From contig OZ316891.1 of assembly GCA_973895155.1 (NCBI GenBank), forward strand, positions 25,791,899 to 25,855,898: 64,000 bases of DNA, given 5' to 3'. The DNA comes from Marsupella aquatica. Lineage: Eukaryota > Plantae > Marchantiophyta. Positions within the stretch are counted from its first letter, which is position 1; every line of letters starts with the position of its first letter. The notes below the pieces were generated by a model. It searched no databases. It was not told where the DNA came from and saw only the letters and a list, made by a program, of their open reading frames with translations. This document shows positions 62,273-64,000 of this stretch, one piece after another. The position numbers and the translations under genes are program-made.

Positions 62273-64000
62273 TAATGAACAAAGATAGAGGACTGTATCA
62301 GTAACTCTTGTATCTTGGGATCCATTTAGAGCATCTCCAAAGGTTACCCCGTCTTTTGGTCAGTGGCCTGGGTCCCTTGCTCACTGGAAAAGTCAATTAA
62401 CCAGGGTGACAAAAACCCTATTTTAGTGTGAAACTTAGCTCTAAAGGTTATTGGGTCTGTGAGGAGTAAATACCCAATCCCACAATACCATTTCTTTAGT
62501 GAATCTTAGCCCCAGCCAGCTTGATACCAAAGTACCACTTTAATTTATGATAGGACTCTTTCCCTACAGTAGATTTAAGGGTAATTGTCAGACGCTGCCT
62601 AACTGGGTCTATATATCTAGGTGGGCAACTGGCTAAGGGAAGACAAAAGACCAAGCACAATTTTGCCAAAAGTGACTAAGACTCTTTTCAAGGAGGCTGA
62701 ATCTAGCAAAACTCTGCCAGTGCATAATAACACTGACCCCAACCCTTACTGGGACTGTTTTCTCCATTCTAGAAAAATCAGTTTCAAACCACCATAGATT
62801 ACAATCCTGAAAACTTAACAACAAACCTAGGAGAACAGGTCAAAATTGTCTCTTGTCTCCCAATACAGTTCAATGCCCAGTGCTTGATAATTCACTCCAT
62901 TGAGGAGATTATAATCTTGGAACCCAACATGATAGAAAATCAAAATTGTATTCTTTCTCCCAAATATACATCCAATAACCAAAACCCCAGTAATAAAAAT
63001 CCAATAGCATTAGAGTCCAATAGGGCATGTCAAAGCAGAGCTGTAACTAAGTTACGGTTCAGGACATAAAACGTTCTTATGGCCAGGACAGATTTGCTAT
63101 GGGTTACCAAAATACTTACCCCATAAGGGTGGTACGTCCAGAAAATAAAAGTCATAACACTTTGGTTACAGGAGTACTTTGACACACCCTAATGGGTTGT
63201 GCATATGACTACATTTGAATGGTCTGGTTATGTAAGTCCCAGATACAGTAATGCTTTCTAAGGATCAGGTTTGCGCACACACGTTTTTGATCGGATACTC
63301 AGCTACTGGTGGCCAAACGTTAGGTCTTTTTGTAAAGTCTCCTACTGTAGGTTTTCAGGCAAGTTTTACAAAATTTACGACAAAAAGTATCATATGCTGA
63401 AAGTACCTTGACTAGATACGAATGATGCAACTTTCCTGTCCCCACAATAAAAAGCAGCACCAACCAAATTCAAAAATAAAAATTTGCAAAAGTTGTTTGT
63501 AACCAAAATTGCACCAACAACCTTTTCTTAACTTTTTAAAGCTGCACCACTCATGCAACACCAACCGACTTCATGTACAGGTCACTCTTGTTCCAATGCA
63601 TATTTCAAGAATTTCCTAAGCATTTTGATGTAATCTCTGATTATCTATGTAAATACTGGTGTTTCCAGAAATGATGGACTTCCCCAAAAAAACATTGTGA
63701 GTTGTGCTGGAGTTTCACAAGCCTAATATTCTCCCCACGGTAGTGAATCAGTCAGTCTTGTAGACCGGGATTCATGTAGTGTCGCCATCAAAACCTGCTA
63801 AATATGCACATCGCCTCCAATTCATTAGCCTCGATCTGTCCCATTCACTTCTCCACCTTGGTCATCTCTCACTAAGTGCACACTCTCAAGGGTATCCTCC
63901 ACCCTTGCACTTATCTTTCTCTTTCAAAAGATAATTAAGGCGTCCTTAAGTCAAAGGGAATTCAAAATCCACAATGGCACACTGAAACCAGTGGCCTAGA

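Overview
Eukaryotic nuclear DNA from a land plant with flagellated sperm, most likely a bryophyte (inference: spliceosomal introns, telo-boxes, a PLS-DYW organellar editing PPR, and two cilia-associated genes). Supported genes: a two-exon phytocyanin-domain protein with a long His/Gly-rich repeat tail, an intronless IGHMBP2/SMUBP-2 SF1 helicase, a two-exon DUF427 gene that looks fungal, the 3' half of a CEP290-like gene with further CEP290-like exons on the opposite strand upstream, an intronless BLE2-type ARM-repeat membrane protein, a BFR1/proton-pump-interactor-like coiled-coil protein, a PLS-E-DYW PPR, PEX16 and a CFAP97/KIAA1430-domain gene. The ARM gene sits inside a mosaic of direct and inverted duplications of the 3' ends of its two neighbours. 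Intergenic DNA has many local tandem duplications and Tourist-like, Mutator-like and foldback MITE remnants. No rRNA, tRNA or CRISPR seen. Family calls come from remembered motifs, not database searches.
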